From NCBI GenBank assembly GCA_964035545.1, contig CAXIUT010000230.1, forward strand, positions 434,001 through 498,000: a stretch of 64,000 nucleotides of DNA. The letters run 5' to 3'. The notes beneath the pieces are model-generated. The model was not told the origin of the DNA. It saw only the letters and a list, made by a program, of their open reading frames with translations, and ran no database searches. The position numbers and the translations under genes are program-made. This stretch comes from Bugula neritina (lineage: Eukaryota > Animalia > Bryozoa). This document shows, in pieces, positions 30,431 through 48,600 of this stretch (positions are counted from its first letter, which is position 1; every line of letters starts with the position of its first letter).

Positions 30431-33400
30431 TACTGCAACATACTGAAATACACTTCAACACACTGAAAAACACTGCAAAATACTGTAACACACTGAAATA
30501 TACTGCAAAACACTGAAATACACTGCTACATACCGAAATATACTGCAACACAGTGCAACATACTGCAACATACTAAAATATACTGCAACATACTGAAATA
30601 CACTGCAAAATACTGAAATACACTGTAACATACTGAAATACACTGCAAAATACTCCAACATACTGAAATACGCTGCTACATACTGAAATATACTACTACA
30701 TACTGCAACATTTGGCAACATACTGAAATATACTGCGACACATTGCAGTATACTGAAACATACTGAAATATGCTGTAGCACACTGAAATACACTGCAACT
30801 CACTGAAATATACTGCAACATACTGAAATACACTGTGACATACTGAAATATACTGCGACGTACTGCACCATACTGAAATACACTGTAACATACTGAAATA
30901 CACTGCAACACATTGAAACATACTGCAAAATACTGAAATACACTGCTACATACTGAAATATACTGCAACACACTGCAACATACGGCAACATACTGAAATA
31001 TACTGCGACACATTGCAATATATTCTAACATACTGAAATACAGTGCTACATACTGAAATATACTGCAACATACCGAAATACACTGTAACATGTTGAAATA
31101 TACTGCAACATACCTAAATATACGGTAATATACCAAAATATACTGTAACACATTGAAAAATACTGCAACATACTGAAATACACTGCAACCTCTGAAAAAC
31201 ACTGCAAAATACTGTAACACACTCAAATATACTGCAAAACACCGAAATACACTGCTACATACTGAAATATACTGCAACACACTGCAACATACTGCAACAT
31301 ACTAAAATATACTGCAACATACTGAAATACACTGCAAAATACTGAAATACACTGTAACATACTGAAATATACTGAAATACACTGGAACATATTGAAATAC
31401 ACTGCAACAAATTGAAGTATACTGCAACATACCTAAATATACGGTAATATACCAAAATATACTGTAACATAATGAAATATGCTGTAGCACATTGAAATAC
31501 ACTGCAACTCACTGAAATATACTGCAACATACTGAAACACAGTGCTACATACTGAAATACACTGCAACATACTGCAACATACTGAAATACACTGTAACAT
31601 ACTGAAATTCACTGCAACATACTACAACATTTTGAAATACACTGCAACACATTGAAATATACTGCAACATACCTAAATATACGGTAATATACCAAAATAT
31701 ACTGTAACATAATGAAAAATACTGCAACATACTGAAATACACTTCAACACACTGAAAAACACTGCAAAATACTGTAACACACTGAAATATACTGCAAAAC
31801 ACTGAAATACACTGCTACATACCGAAATATACTGCAACACAGTGCAACATACTGCAACATACTAAAATATACTGCAACATACTGAAATACACTCCAAAAT
31901 ACTGAAATACACTGTAACATACTGAAATACACTGCAAAATACTCCAACATACTGAAATACACTGCTACATACTGAAATATACTACTACATACTGCAACAT
32001 TTGGCAACATACTGAAATATACTGCGACACATTGCAGTATACTGAAACATACTGAAATATGCTGTAGCACACTGAAATACACTGCAACTCACTGAAATAT
32101 ACTGCAACATACTGAAATACACTGTGACATACTGAAATATACTGCGACGTACTGCACCATACTGAAATACACTGTAACATACTGAAATACACTGCAACAC
32201 ATTGAAACATACTGCAAAATACTGAAAAACACTGCTACATACTGAAATATACTGCAACACACTGCAACATACGGCAACATACTGAAATATACTGCGACAC
32301 ATTGCAATATATTCTAACATACTGAAATACAGTGCTACATACTGAAATATACTGCAACATACCGAAATACACTGTAACATGTTGAAATATACTGCAACAT
32401 ACCTAAATATACGGTAATATACCAAAATATACTGTAACACATTGAAAAATACTGCAACATACTGAAATACACTGCAACCTCTGAAAAACACTGCAAAATA
32501 CTGTAACACACTCAAATATACTGCAAAACACCGAAATACACTGCTACATACTGAAATATACTGCAACACACTGCAACATACTGCAACATACTAAAATATA
32601 CTGCAACATACTGAAATACACTGCAAAATACTGAAATACACTGTAACATACTGAAATATACTGAAATACACTGGAACATATTGAAATACACTGCAACAAA
32701 TTGAAGTATACTGCAACATACTGAAATACACTTCAACACACTGAAAAACACTGCAATATACTGTAACATACTGAAATATGCCGTAGCACACTGAAATACA
32801 CTGCAACTCACTGAAATATACTGCAACATACTGCAACATACTGAAATACACTTCAACACACTGAAAAACACTGCAAAATACTGTAACACACTGAAATATA
32901 CTGCAAAACACTGAAATACACTGCTACATACCGAAATATACTGCAACACAGTGCAACATACTGCAACATACTAAAATATACTGCAACATACTGAAATACA
33001 CTGCAAAATACTGAAATACACTGTAACATACTGAAATACACTGCAAAATACTCCAACATACTGAAATACGCTGCTACATACTGAAATATACTACTACATA
33101 CTGCAACATTTGGCAACATACTGAAATATACTGCGACACATTGCAGTATACTGAAACATACTGAAATATGCTGTAGCACACTGAAATACACTGCAACTCA
33201 CTGAAATATACTGCAACATACTGAAATACACTGTGACATACTGAAATATACTGCGACGTACTGCACCATACTGAAATACACTGTAACATACTGAAATACA
33301 CTGCAACACATTGAAACATACTGCAAAATACTGAAATACACTGCTACATACTGAAATATACTGCAACACACTGCAACATACGGCAACATACTGAAATATA

Positions 33401-35460
33401 CTGCGACACATTGCAATATATTCTAACATACTGAAATACAGTGCTACATACTGAAATATACTGCAACATACCGAAATACACTGTAACATGTTGAAATATA
33501 CTGCAACATACCTAAATATACGGTAATATACCAAAATATACTGTAACACATTGAAAAATACTGCAACATACTGAAATACACTGCAACCTCTGAAAAACAC
33601 TGCAAAATACTGTAACACACTCAAATATACTGCAAAACACCGAAATACACTGCTACATACTGAAATATACTGCAACACACTGCAACATACTGCAACATAC
33701 TAAAATATACTGCAACATACTGAAATACACTGCAAAATACTGAAATACACTGTAACATACTGAAATATACTGAAATACACTGGAACATATTGAAATACAC
33801 TGCAACAAATTGAAGTATACTGCAACATACCTAAATATACGGTAATATACCAAAATATACTGTAACATAATGAAATATGCTGTAGCACATTGAAATACAC
33901 TGCAACTCACTGAAATATACTGCAACATACTGAAACACAGTGCTACATACTGAAATACACTGCAACATACTGCAACATACTGAAATACACTGTAACATAC
34001 TGAAATTCACTGCAACATACTACAACATTTTGAAATACACTGCAACACATTGAAATATACTGCAACATACCTAAATATACGGTAATATACCAAAATATAC
34101 TGTAACATAATGAAAAATACTGCAACATACTGAAATACACTTCAACACACTGAAAAACACTGCAAAATACTGTAACACACTGAAATATACTGCAAAACAC
34201 TGAAATACACTGCTACATACCGAAATATACTGCAACACAGTGCAACATACTGCAACATACTAAAATATACTGCAACATACTGAAATACACTCCAAAATAC
34301 TGAAATACACTGTAACATACTGAAATACACTGCAAAATACTCCAACATACTGAAATACACTGCTACATACTGAAATATACTACTACATACTGCAACATTT
34401 GGCAACATACTGAAATATACTGCGACACATTGCAGTATACTGAAACATACTGAAATATGCTGTAGCACACTGAAATACACTGCAACTCACTGAAATATAC
34501 TGCAACATACTGAAATACACTGTGACATACTGAAATATACTGCGACGTACTGCACCATACTGAAATACACTGTAACATACTGAAATACACTGCAACACAT
34601 TGAAACATACTGCAAAATACTGAAAAACACTGCTACATACTGAAATATACTGCAACACACTGCAACATACGGCAACATACTGAAATATACTGCGACACAT
34701 TGCAATATATTCTAACATACTGAAATACAGTGCTACATACTGAAATATACTGCAACATACCGAAATACACTGTAACATGTTGAAATATACTGCAACATAC
34801 CTAAATATACGGTAATATACCAAAATATACTGTAACACATTGAAAAATACTGCAACATACTGAAATACACTGCAACCTCTGAAAAACACTGCAAAATACT
34901 GTAACACACTCAAATATACTGCAAAACACCGAAATACACTGCTACATACTGAAATATACTGCAACACACTGCAACATACTGCAACATACTAAAATATACT
35001 GCAACATACTGAAATACACTGCAAAATACTGAAATACACTGTAACATACTGAAATATACTGAAATACACTGGAACATATTGAAATACACTGCAACAAATT
35101 GAAGTATACTGCAACATACTGAAATACACTTCAACACACTGAAAAACACTGCAATATACTGTAACATACTGAAATATGCCGTAGCACACTGAAATACACT
35201 GCAACTCACTGAAATATACTGCAACATACTGCAACATACTGAAATACACTTCAACACACTGAAAAACACTGCAAAATACTGTAACACACTGAAATATACT
35301 GCAAAACACTGAAATACACTGCTACATACCGAAATATACTGCAACACAGTGCAACATACTGCAACATACTAAAATATACTGCAACATACTGAAATACACT
35401 GCAAAATACTGAAATACACTGTAACATACTGAAATACACTGCAAAATACTCCAACATACT
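30431..35460. repeat. Tandem duplication, period 2398 bp (about 2.1 copies)
   Basis: ORF offsets are 30455/32853, 31545/33943, 32512/34910 and 32853/35251. Confidence 0.9.
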
Positions 35461-38400
35461 GAAATACACTGCTACATACTGAAATATACTACTACATACT
35501 GCAACATTTGGCAACATACTGAAATATACTGCGACACATTGCAGTATACTGAAACATACTGAAATATGCTGTAGCACACTGAAATACACTGCAACTCACT
35601 GAAATATACTGCAACATACTGAAATACACTGTGACATACTGAAATATACTGCGACATACTGCACCATACTGAAATACACTGTAACATACTGAAATACACT
35701 GCAACACATTGAAATATACTGCAAAATACTGAAATACACTGCTACATACTGAAATATACTGCAACACACTGCAACATACGGCAACATACTGAAATATACT
35801 GCGACACACTGCAATATATTCTAACATACTGAAATACAGTGCTACATACTGAAATATACTGCAACATACCGAAATACACTGTAACATGTTGAAGTATACT
35901 GCAACATACCTAAATATACGGTAATATACCAAAATATACTGTAACACATTGAAAAATACTGCAACATACTGAAATACACTGCAACCTCTGAAAAACACTG
36001 CAAAATACTGTAACACACTCAAATATACTGCAAAACACCGAAATACACTGCTACATACTGAAATATACTGCAACACACTGCAACATACTGCAACATACTA
36101 AAATATACTGCAACATACTGAAATACACTGCAAAATACTGAAATACACTGTAACATACTGAAATATACTGAAATACACTGGAACATATTGAAATACACTG
36201 CAACAAATTGAAGTATACTGCAACATACTGAAATACACTTCAACACACTGAAAAACACTGCAATATACTGTAACATACTGAAATATGCCGTAGCACACTG
36301 AAATACACTGCAACTCACTGAAATATACTGCAACATACTGAAATACACTGTAACATATTGAAATGTACTGCAACATACTGCAACATACTGAAATACACTG
36401 GAACATATTGAAATACACTGCAACAAATTGAAGTATACTGCAACACACTGAAACACACTGAAATACACCGCAAAACACTACAACATACTGAAACATACTG
36501 CAACATACTGAAATACACTACTACATACTGAAATATACTGCAACATACTGCACCATACTGAAATACACTGTAACATACTGAAATACACTGCAACATAATA
36601 CAACATTTTGAAATACACTGCAACACATTGAAATATACTGCAACATACCTAAATATACGGTAATATACCAAAATATACTGTAACATAATGAAATATGCTG
36701 TAGCACATTGAAATACACTGCAACTCACTGAAATATACTGCAACATACTGAAACACAGTGCTACATACTGAAATATACTGCAACATACTGCAACATAATG
36801 AAATACACTGTAACATACTGAAATTCACTGCAACATACTACAACATTTTGAAATACACTGCAACACATTGAAATATACTGCAACATACCTAAATATACGG
36901 TAATATACCAAAATATACTGTAACATAATGAAAAATACTGCAACATACTGAAATACACTTCAACACACTGAAAAACACTGCAAAATACTGTAACACACTG
37001 AAATATACTGCAAAACACTGAAATACACTGCTACATACCGAAATATACTGCAACACAGTGCAACATACTGCAACATACTAAAATATACTGCAACATACTG
37101 AAATACACTGCAAAATACTGAAATACACTGTAACATACTGAAATACACTGCAAAAAACTCCAACATACTGAAATACACTGCTACATACTGAAATATACTA
37201 CTACATACTGCAACATTTGGCAACATACTGAAATATACTGCGACACATTGCAGTATACTGAAACATACTGAAATATGCTGTAGCACACTGAAATACACTG
37301 CAACTCACTGAAATATACTGCAACATACTGAAATACACTGTGACATACTGAAATATACTGCGACGTACTGCACCATACTGAAATACACTGTAACATACTG
37401 AAATACACTGCAACACATTGAAATATACTGCAAAATACTGAAATACACTGCTACATACTGAAATATACTGCAACATACTGAAACACAGTGCTACATACTG
37501 AAATACACTGCAACATACTGCAACATACTGAAATACACTGTAACATACTGAAATTCACTGCAACATACTACAACATTTTGAAATACACTGCAACACATTG
37601 AAATATACTGCAACATACCTAAATATACGGTAATATACCAAAATATACTGTAACATAATGAAAAATACTGCAACATACTGAAATACACTTCAACACACTG
37701 AAAAACACTGCAAAATACTGTAACACACTGAAATATACTGCAAAACACTGAAATACACTGCTACATACCGAAATATACTGCAACACAGTGCAACATACTG
37801 CAACATACTAAAATATACTGCAACATACTGAAATACACTGCAAAATACTGAAATACACTGTAACATACTGAAATACACTGCAAAATACTCCAACATACTG
37901 AAATACGCTGCTACATACTGAAATATACTACTACATACTGCAACATTTGGCAACATACTGAAATATACTGCGACACATTGCAGTATACTGAAACATACTG
38001 AAATATGCTGTAGCACACTGAAATACACTGCAACTCACTGAAATATACTGCAACATACTGAAATACACTGTGACATACTGAAATATACTGCGACGTACTG
38101 CACCATACTGAAATACACTGTAACATACTGAAATACACTGCAACACATTGAAACATACTGCAAAATACTGAAATACACTGCTACATACTGAAATATACTG
38201 CAACACACTGCAACATACGGCAACATACTGAAATATACTGCGACACATTGCAATATATTCTAACATACTGAAATACAGTGCTACATACTGAAATATACTG
38301 CAACATACCGAAATACACTGTAACATGTTGAAATATACTGCAACATACCTAAATATACGGTAATATACCAAAATATACTGTAACACATTGAAAAATACTG

Positions 38401-41400
38401 CAACATACTGAAATACACTGCAACCTCTGAAAAACACTGCAAAATACTGTAACACACTCAAATATACTGCAAAACACCGAAATACACTGCTACATACTGA
38501 AATATACTGCAACACACTGCAACATACTGCAACATACTAAAATATACTGCAACATACTGAAATACACTGCAAAATACTGAAATACACTGTAACATACTGA
38601 AATATACTGAAATACACTGGAACATATTGAAATACACTGCAACAAATTGAAGTATACTGCAACATACCTAAATATACGGTAATATACCAAAATATACTGT
38701 AACATAATGAAATATGCTGTAGCACATTGAAATACACTGCAACTCACTGAAATATACTGCAACATACTGAAACACAGTGCTACATACTGAAATACACTGC
38801 AACATACTGCAACATACTGAAATACACTGTAACATACTGAAATTCACTGCAACATACTACAACATTTTGAAATACACTGCAACACATTGAAATATACTGC
38901 AACATACTGAAATACACTTCAACACACTGAAAAACACTGCAATATACTGTAACATACTGAAATATGCCGTAGCACACTGAAATACACTGCAACTCACTGA
39001 AATATACTGCAACATACTGCAACATACTGAAATACACTTCAACACACTGAAAAACACTGCAAAATACTGTAACACACTGAAATATACTGCAAAACACTGA
39101 AATACACTGCTACATACCGAAATATACTGCAACACAGTGCAACATACTGCAACATACTAAAATATACTGCAACATACTGAAATACACTGCAAAATACTGA
39201 AATACACTGTAACATACTGAAATACACTGCAAAATACTCCAACATACTGAAATACACTGCTACATACTGAAATATACTACTACATACTGCAACATTTGGC
39301 AACATACTGAAATATACTGCGACACATTGCAGTATACTGAAACATACTGAAATATGCTGTAGCACACTGAAATACACTGCAACTCACTGAAATATACTGC
39401 AACATACTGAAATACACTGTGACATACTGAAATATACTGCGACATACTGCACCATACTGAAATACACTGTAACATACTGAAATACACTGCAACACATTGA
39501 AATATACTGCAAAATACTGAAATACACTGCTACATACTGAAATATACTGCAACACACTGCAACATACGGCAACATACTGAAATATACTGCGACACATTGC
39601 AATATATTCTAACATACTGAAATACAGTGCTACATACTGAAATATACTGCAACATACCGAAATACACTGTAACATGTTGAAGTATACTGCAACATACCTA
39701 AATATACGGTAATATACCAAAATATACTGTAACACATTGAAAAATACTGCAACATACTGAAATACACTGCAACCTCTGAAAAACACTGCAAAATACTGTA
39801 ACACACTCAAATATACTGCAAAACACCGAAATACACTGCTACATACTGAAATATACTGCAACACACTGCAACATACTGCAACATACTAAAATATACTGCA
39901 ACATACTGAAATACACTGCAAAATACTGAAATACACTGTAACATACTGAAATATACTGAAATACACTGGAACATATTGAAATACACTGCAACAAATTGAA
40001 GTATACTGCAACATACTGAAATACACTTCAACACACTGAAAAACACTGCAATATACTGTAACATACTGAAATATGCCGTAGCACACTGAAATACACTGCA
40101 ACTCACTGAAATATACTGCAACATACTGAAATACACTGTAACATATTGAAATGTACTGCAACATACTGCAACATACTGAAATACACTGGAACATATTGAA
40201 ATACACTGCAACAAATTGAAGTATACTGCAACACACTGAAACACACTGAAATACACCGCAAAACACTACAACATACTGAAACATACTGCAACATACTGAA
40301 ATACACTACTACATACTGAAATATACTGCAACATACTGCACCATACTGAAATACACTGTAACATACTGAAATACACTGCAACATAATACAACATTTTGAA
40401 ATACACTGCAACACATTGAAATATACTGCAACATACCTAAATATACGGTAATATACCAAAATATACTGTAACATAATGAAATATGCTGTAGCACATTGAA
40501 ATACACTGCAACTCACTGAAATATACTGCAACATACTGAAACACAGTGCTACATACTGAAATATACTGCAACATACTGCAACATAATGAAATACACTGTA
40601 ACATACTGAAATTCACTGCAACATACTACAACATTTTGAAATACACTGCAACACATTGAAATATACTGCAACATACCTAAATATACGGTAATATACCAAA
40701 ATATACTGTAACATAATGAAAAATACTGCAACATACTGAAATACACTTCAACACACTGAAAAACACTGCAAAATACTGTAACACACTGAAATATACTGCA
40801 AAACACTGAAATACACTGCTACATACCGAAATATACTGCAACACAGTGCAACATACTGCAACATACTAAAATATACTGCAACATACTGAAATACACTGCA
40901 AAATACTGAAATACACTGTAACATACTGAAATACACTGCAAAAAACTCCAACATACTGAAATACACTGCTACATACTGAAATATACTACTACATACTGCA
41001 ACATTTGGCAACATACTGAAATATACTGCGACACATTGCAGTATACTGAAACATACTGAAATATGCTGTAGCACACTGAAATACACTGCAACTCACTGAA
41101 ATATACTGCAACATACTGAAATACACTGTGACATACTGAAATATACTGCGACGTACTGCACCATACTGAAATACACTGTAACATACTGAAATACACTGCA
41201 ACACATTGAAATATACTGCAAAATACTGAAATACACTGCTACATACTGAAATATACTGCAACATACTGAAACACAGTGCTACATACTGAAATACACTGCA
41301 ACATACTGCAACATACTGAAATACACTGTAACATACTGAAATTCACTGCAACATACTACAACATTTTGAAATACACTGCAACACATTGAAATATACTGCA

Positions 41401-42690
41401 ACATACCTAAATATACGGTAATATACCAAAATATACTGTAACATAATGAAAAATACTGCAACATACTGAAATACACTTCAACACACTAAAAAACACTGCA
41501 AAATACTGTAACACACTGAAATATACTGCAAAACACTGAAATACACTGCTACATACCGAAATATACTGCAACACAGTGCAACATACTGCAACATACTAAA
41601 ATATACTGCAACATACTGAAATACACTGCAAAATACTGAAATACACTGTAACATACTGAAATACACTGCAAAATACTCCAACATACTGAAATACGCTGCT
41701 ACATACTGAAATATACTACTACATACTGCAACATTTGGCAACATACTGAAATATACTGCGACACATTGCAGTATACTGAAACATACTGAAATATGCTGTA
41801 GCACACTGAAATACACTGCAACTCACTGAAATATACTGCAACATACTGAAATACACTGTGACATACTGAAATATACTGCGACGTACTGCACCATACTGAA
41901 ATACACTGTAACATACTGAAATACACTGCAACACATTGAAACATACTGCAAAATACTGAAATACACTGCTACATACTGAAATATACTGCAACACACTGCA
42001 ACATACGGCAACATACTGAAATATACTGCGACACATTGCAATATATTCTAACATACTGAAATACAGTGCTACATACTGAAATATACTGCAACATACCGAA
42101 ATACACTGTAACATGTTGAAATATACTGCAACATACCTAAATATACGGTAATATACCAAAATATACTGTAACACATTGAAAAATACTGCAACATACTGAA
42201 ATACACTGCAACCTCTGAAAAACACTGCAAAATACTGTAACACACTCAAATATACTGCAAAACACCGAAATACACTGCTACATACTGAAATATACTGCAA
42301 CACACTGCAACATACTGCAACATACTAAAATATACTGCAACATACTGAAATACACTGCAAAATACTGAAATACACTGTAACATACTGAAATATACTGAAA
42401 TACACTGGAACATATTGAAATACACTGCAACAAATTGAAGTATACTGCAACATACCTAAATATACGGTAATATACCAAAATATACTGTAACATAATGAAA
42501 TATGCTGTAGCACATTGAAATACACTGCAACTCACTGAAATATACTGCAACATACTGAAACACAGTGCTACATACTGAAATACACTGCAACATACTGCAA
42601 CATACTGAAATACACTGTAACATACTGAAATTCACTGCAACATACTACAACATTTTGAAATACACTGCAACACATTGAAATATACTGCAA
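35105..42690. repeat. Tandem duplication, period 3788 bp (2 copies)
   Basis: ORF offsets are 35251/39039, 36019/39807, 37491/41279 and 38490/42278. A shared variant GTTGAAGTAT has its G at 35894 and 39682. Confidence 0.92.
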
Positions 42691-45600
42691 CATACCTAAA
42701 TATACGGTAATATACCAAAATATACTGTAACATAATGAAAAATACTGCAACATACTGAAATACACTTCAACACACTGAAAAACACTGCAAAATACTGTAA
42801 CACACTGAAATATACTGCAAAACACTGAAATACACTGCTACATACCGAAATATACTGCAACACAGTGCAACATACTGCAACATACTAAAATATACTGCAA
42901 CATACTGAAATACACTCCAAAATACTGAAATACACTGTAACATACTGAAATACACTGCAAAATACTCCAACATACTGAAATACACTGCTACATACTGAAA
43001 TATACTACTACATACTGCAACATTTGGCAACATACTGAAATATACTGCGACACATTGCAGTATACTGAAACATACTGAAATATGCTGTAGCACACTGAAA
43101 TACACTGCAACTCACTGAAATATACTGCAACATACTGAAATACACTGTGACATACTGAAATATACTGCGACGTACTGCACCATACTGAAATACACTGTAA
43201 CATACTGAAATACACTGCAACACATTGAAACATACTGCAAAATACTGAAAAACACTGCTACATACTGAAATATACTGCAACACACTGCAACATACGACAA
43301 CATACTGAAATATACTGCGACACATTGCAATATATTCTAACATACTGAAATACAGTGCTACATACTGAAATATACTGCAACATACCGAAATACACTGTAA
43401 CATGTTGAAATATACTGCAACATACCTAAATATACGGTAATATACCAAAATATACTGTAACACATTGAAAAATACTGCAACATACTGAAATACACTGCAA
43501 CCTCTGAAAAACACTGCAAAATACTGTAACACACTCAAATATACTGCAAAACACCGAAATACACTGCTACATACTGAAATATACTGCAACACACTGCAAC
43601 ATACTGCAACATACTAAAATATACTGCAACATACTGAAATACACTGCAAAATACTGAAATACACTGTAACATACTGAAATATACTGAAATACACTGGAAC
43701 ATATTGAAATACACTGCAACAAATTGAAGTATACTGCAACATACTGAAATACACTTCAACACACTGAAAAACACTGCAATATACTGTAACATACTGAAAT
43801 ATGCCGTAGCACACTGAAATACACTGCAACTCACTGAAATATACTGCAACATACTGCACCATACTGAAATACACTGTAACATACTGAAATACACTGCAAC
43901 ATAATACAACATTTTGAAATACACTGCAACACATTGAAATATACTGCAACATACCTAAATATACGGTAATATACCAAAATATACTGTAACATAATGAAAT
44001 ATGCTGTAGTACATTGAAATACACTGCAACTCACTGAAATATACCGCAACATACTGAAACACAGTGCTACATACTGAAATATACTGCAACATACTGCAAC
44101 ATACTGAAATACACTGTAACATACTGAAATTCACTGCAACATACTACAACATTTTGAAATACACTGCAACACATTGAAATATACTGCAACATACCTAAAT
44201 ATACGGTAATATACCAAAATATACTGTAACATAATGAAAAATACTGCAACATACTGAAATACACTTCAACACACTGAAAAACACTGCAAAATACTGTAAC
44301 ACACTGAAATATACTGCAAAACACTGAAATACACTGCTACATACTGAAATATACTGCAACACAGTGCAACATACTGCAACATACTGAAATACACTGCAAC
44401 ATACTACAACATACTGAAATACGCTGTAATACATTGAAATACACTGCAACACATTGAAATATACTGTAACTCGCTGAAACATACTGTAACTCACTGAAAT
44501 ATAGTGTAATATACGGAAATGTACTGTAAAATACTGGAATATACTGTAACACACTGAAATATACTGCAACATAATGAAATACACTGTAACATACTGAAAT
44601 ACACTGCAACATCCCGCAACATATTGAAATACACTGCAGCACACTGCAACATACTGCAACATACTAAAATATACTGCAACATCTTGAAATACACTGCAAA
44701 ATACTGAAATATACTGCAACATACTGCAACATACTAAAATACACTGTAACATATTGAAATACACTGCAACACATTGAAATATACGGCAAAATACTGAAAT
44801 ACACTGCTACATACTGAAATATACTGCAACACACTGCAACATACTGCAACATACTAAAATTTACTGCAACATACTGAAATACACTGCAAAATACTGAAAT
44901 ACACTGTAACATACTGGAATATACTGCGACACATTGCAATATACTGTAACATACTGAAATATGCTGTAGCACATTGAAATACACTGCAACTCACTGAAAT
45001 ATACTGCAACATACTGAAATACACTGTAACATATTGAAATACACTGCAACATACTGAAATACAGTGCTACATACTGAAATATACTGCAACATACTGCAAC
45101 ATACTGAAATACACTGTAACAAACTGAAATACACTGCAACATACTACAACATTTTGAAACACACTGCAACACATTGAAATATACTGCAACATTCCTAAAT
45201 ATACGGTAATTTACCAAAATATACTGTAAAACATTGACAAATACTGCAACATACTGAAATACACTGCATTACACTGAAAAACACTGCAAAATACTGTAAC
45301 ACACTGAAATATACTGCAAAACACTGAAATACACTGCTACATACTGAAATCTACTGCAACACAGTGCAACATACTGCAACATACTAAAATATACTGCAAC
45401 ATACTGAAATACACTGCAGAATACTGATATACACTGTAACATACTGAAATACACTGCAAAATACTACAACATTTTGAAATACACTGCAATACATTGAAAT
45501 ATACTGCAACATACTTAAATATACGGTAATATACTGAAATATACTGTAACACATTGAAAAATACTACAAAGTACTGAAATACACTGCAACATACTACAAC

Positions 45601-48600
45601 ATACTGAAATACGCTGTAATACATTGAATATACTGCAACATACCTAAATATGCGGTAATATACTGAAATAAACTAGAACACATTGAAAATACTGCAACAT
45701 ACTGAAATACACTGCAACACACCGAAATATACTGCAAAATAAAACAACATACTGAAATACACTGTAACATATTGAAATACACTGTAACACATTGAAATAT
45801 ACTGCAACATACCGAGATATATTGTAAACTACTGAAATATACTGTAACACATTGAAAAATACTGCAACATACTGAAATTTACTGCGACACATTGCAATAT
45901 ACTGTAACATACTGAAATATGCTGTAGCACACTGAAATACACTGCAACTCACTGAAATATACTGCAACATACTGAAATACACTGTAACATATTGAAATAT
46001 ACTGCAACATACTGCACCATACTGAAATACACTGGAACATATTGAAATACACTGCAACAAATTGGAGTATACTGCAACACACTGAAACACACTGAAATAC
46101 ACCGCAAAACACTACAAAATACTGAAACATACTGCAACATACTAAAATACACTACTACATACTGAAATATACTGCAACATACTGCACCATACTGAAATAC
46201 ACTGTAACATACTGAAATACACTGCAACATAATACAACATTTTGAAATACACTGCAACACATTGAAATATACTGCAACATACCTAAATATACGGTAATAT
46301 ACCAAAATATACTGTAACATAATGAAATATGCTGTAGCACATTGAAATACACTGCAACTCACTGAAATATACTGCAACATACTGAAACACAGTGCTACAT
46401 ACTGAAATATACTGCAACATACTGCAACATACTGAAATACACTGTAACATACTGAAATTCACTGCAACATACTACAACATTTTGAAATACACTGCAACAC
46501 ATTGAAATATACTGCAACTTACCTAAATATACGGTAATATACCAAAATATACTGTAACATAATGAAAAATACTGCAACATACTGAAATACACTTCAACAC
46601 ACTGAAAAACACTGCAAAATACTGTAACACACTGAAATATACTGCAAAACACTGAAATACACTGCTACATACTGAAATATACTGCAACATACTGCAACAT
46701 ACTGAAATACACTGTAACATACTGAAATTCACTGCAACATACTACAACATTTTGAAATACACTGCAACACATTGAAATATACTGCAACATACCTAAATAT
46801 ACGGTAATATACCAAAATATACTGTAACATAATGAAAAATACTGCAACATACTGAAATACACTTCAACACACTGAAAAACACTGCAAAATACTGTAACAC
46901 ACTGAAATATACTGCAAAACACTGAAATACACTGCTACATACCGAAATATACTGCAACACAGTGCAACATACTGCAACATACTAAAATATACTGCAACAT
47001 ACTGAAATACACTGCAAAATACTGAAATACACTGTAACATACTGAAATACACTGCAAAATACTCCAACATACTGAAATACGCTGCTACATACTGAAATAT
47101 ACTACTACATACTGCAACATTTGGCAACATACTGAAATATACTGCGACACATTGCAGTATACTGAAACATACTGAAATATGCTGTAGCACACTGAAATAC
47201 ACTGCAACTCACTGAAATATACTGCAACATACTGAAATACACTGTGACATACTGAAATATACTGCGACGTACTGCACCATACTGAAATACACTGTAACAT
47301 ACTGAAATACACTGCAACACATTGAAACATACTGCAAAATACTGAAATACACTGCTACATACTGAAATATACTGCAACACACTGCAACATACGGCAACAT
47401 ACTGAAATATACTGCGACACATTGCAATATATTCTAACATACTGAAATACAGTGCTACATACTGAAATATACTGCAACATACCGAAATACACTGTAACAT
47501 GTTGAAATATACTGCAACATACCTAAATATACGGTAATATACCAAAATATACTGTAACACATTGAAAAATACTGCAACATACTGAAATACACTGCAACCT
47601 CTGAAAAACACTGCAAAATACTGTAACACACTCAAATATACTGCAAAACACCGAAATACACTGCTACATACTGAAATATACTGCAACACACTGCAACATA
47701 CTGCAACATACTAAAATATACTGCAACATACTGAAATACACTGCAAAATACTGAAATACACTGTAACATACTGAAATATACTGAAATACACTGGAACATA
47801 TTGAAATACACTGCAACAAATTGAAGTATACTGCAACATACCTAAATATACGGTAATATACCAAAATATACTGTAACATAATGAAATATGCTGTAGCACA
47901 TTGAAATACACTGCAACTCACTGAAATATACTGCAACATACTGAAACACAGTGCTACATACTGAAATACACTGCAACATACTGCAACATACTGAAATACA
48001 CTGTAACATACTGAAATTCACTGCAACATACTACAACATTTTGAAATACACTGCAACACATTGAAATATACTGCAACATACCTAAATATACGGTAATATA
48101 CCAAAATATACTGTAACATAATGAAAAATACTGCAACATACTGAAATACACTTCAACACACTGAAAAACACTGCAAAATACTGTAACACACTGAAATATA
48201 CTGCAAAACACTGAAATACACTGCTACATACCGAAATATACTGCAACACAGTGCAACATACTGCAACATACTAAAATATACTGCAACATACTGAAATACA
48301 CTCCAAAATACTGAAATACACTGTAACATACTGAAATACACTGCAAAATACTCCAACATACTGAAATACACTGCTACATACTGAAATATACTACTACATA
48401 CTGCAACATTTGGCAACATACTGAAATATACTGCGACACATTGCAGTATACTGAAACATACTGAAATATGCTGTAGCACACTGAAATACACTGCAACTCA
48501 CTGAAATATACTGCAACATACTGAAATACACTGTGACATACTGAAATATACTGCGACGTACTGCACCATACTGAAATACACTGCAACATACTGCAACATA

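Larger units (their letters stand above)
25510..43850. repeat. Homogenised core built from a few modules; recurrent 1289-bp and 730-bp higher-order units
   Basis: 1289-bp steps at 25699/26988, 30256/31545, 37491/38780 and 41279/42568. 730-bp steps at 29526/30256, 36761/37491 and 40549/41279. The diverged blocks seen on both flanks are absent. Confidence 0.85.
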
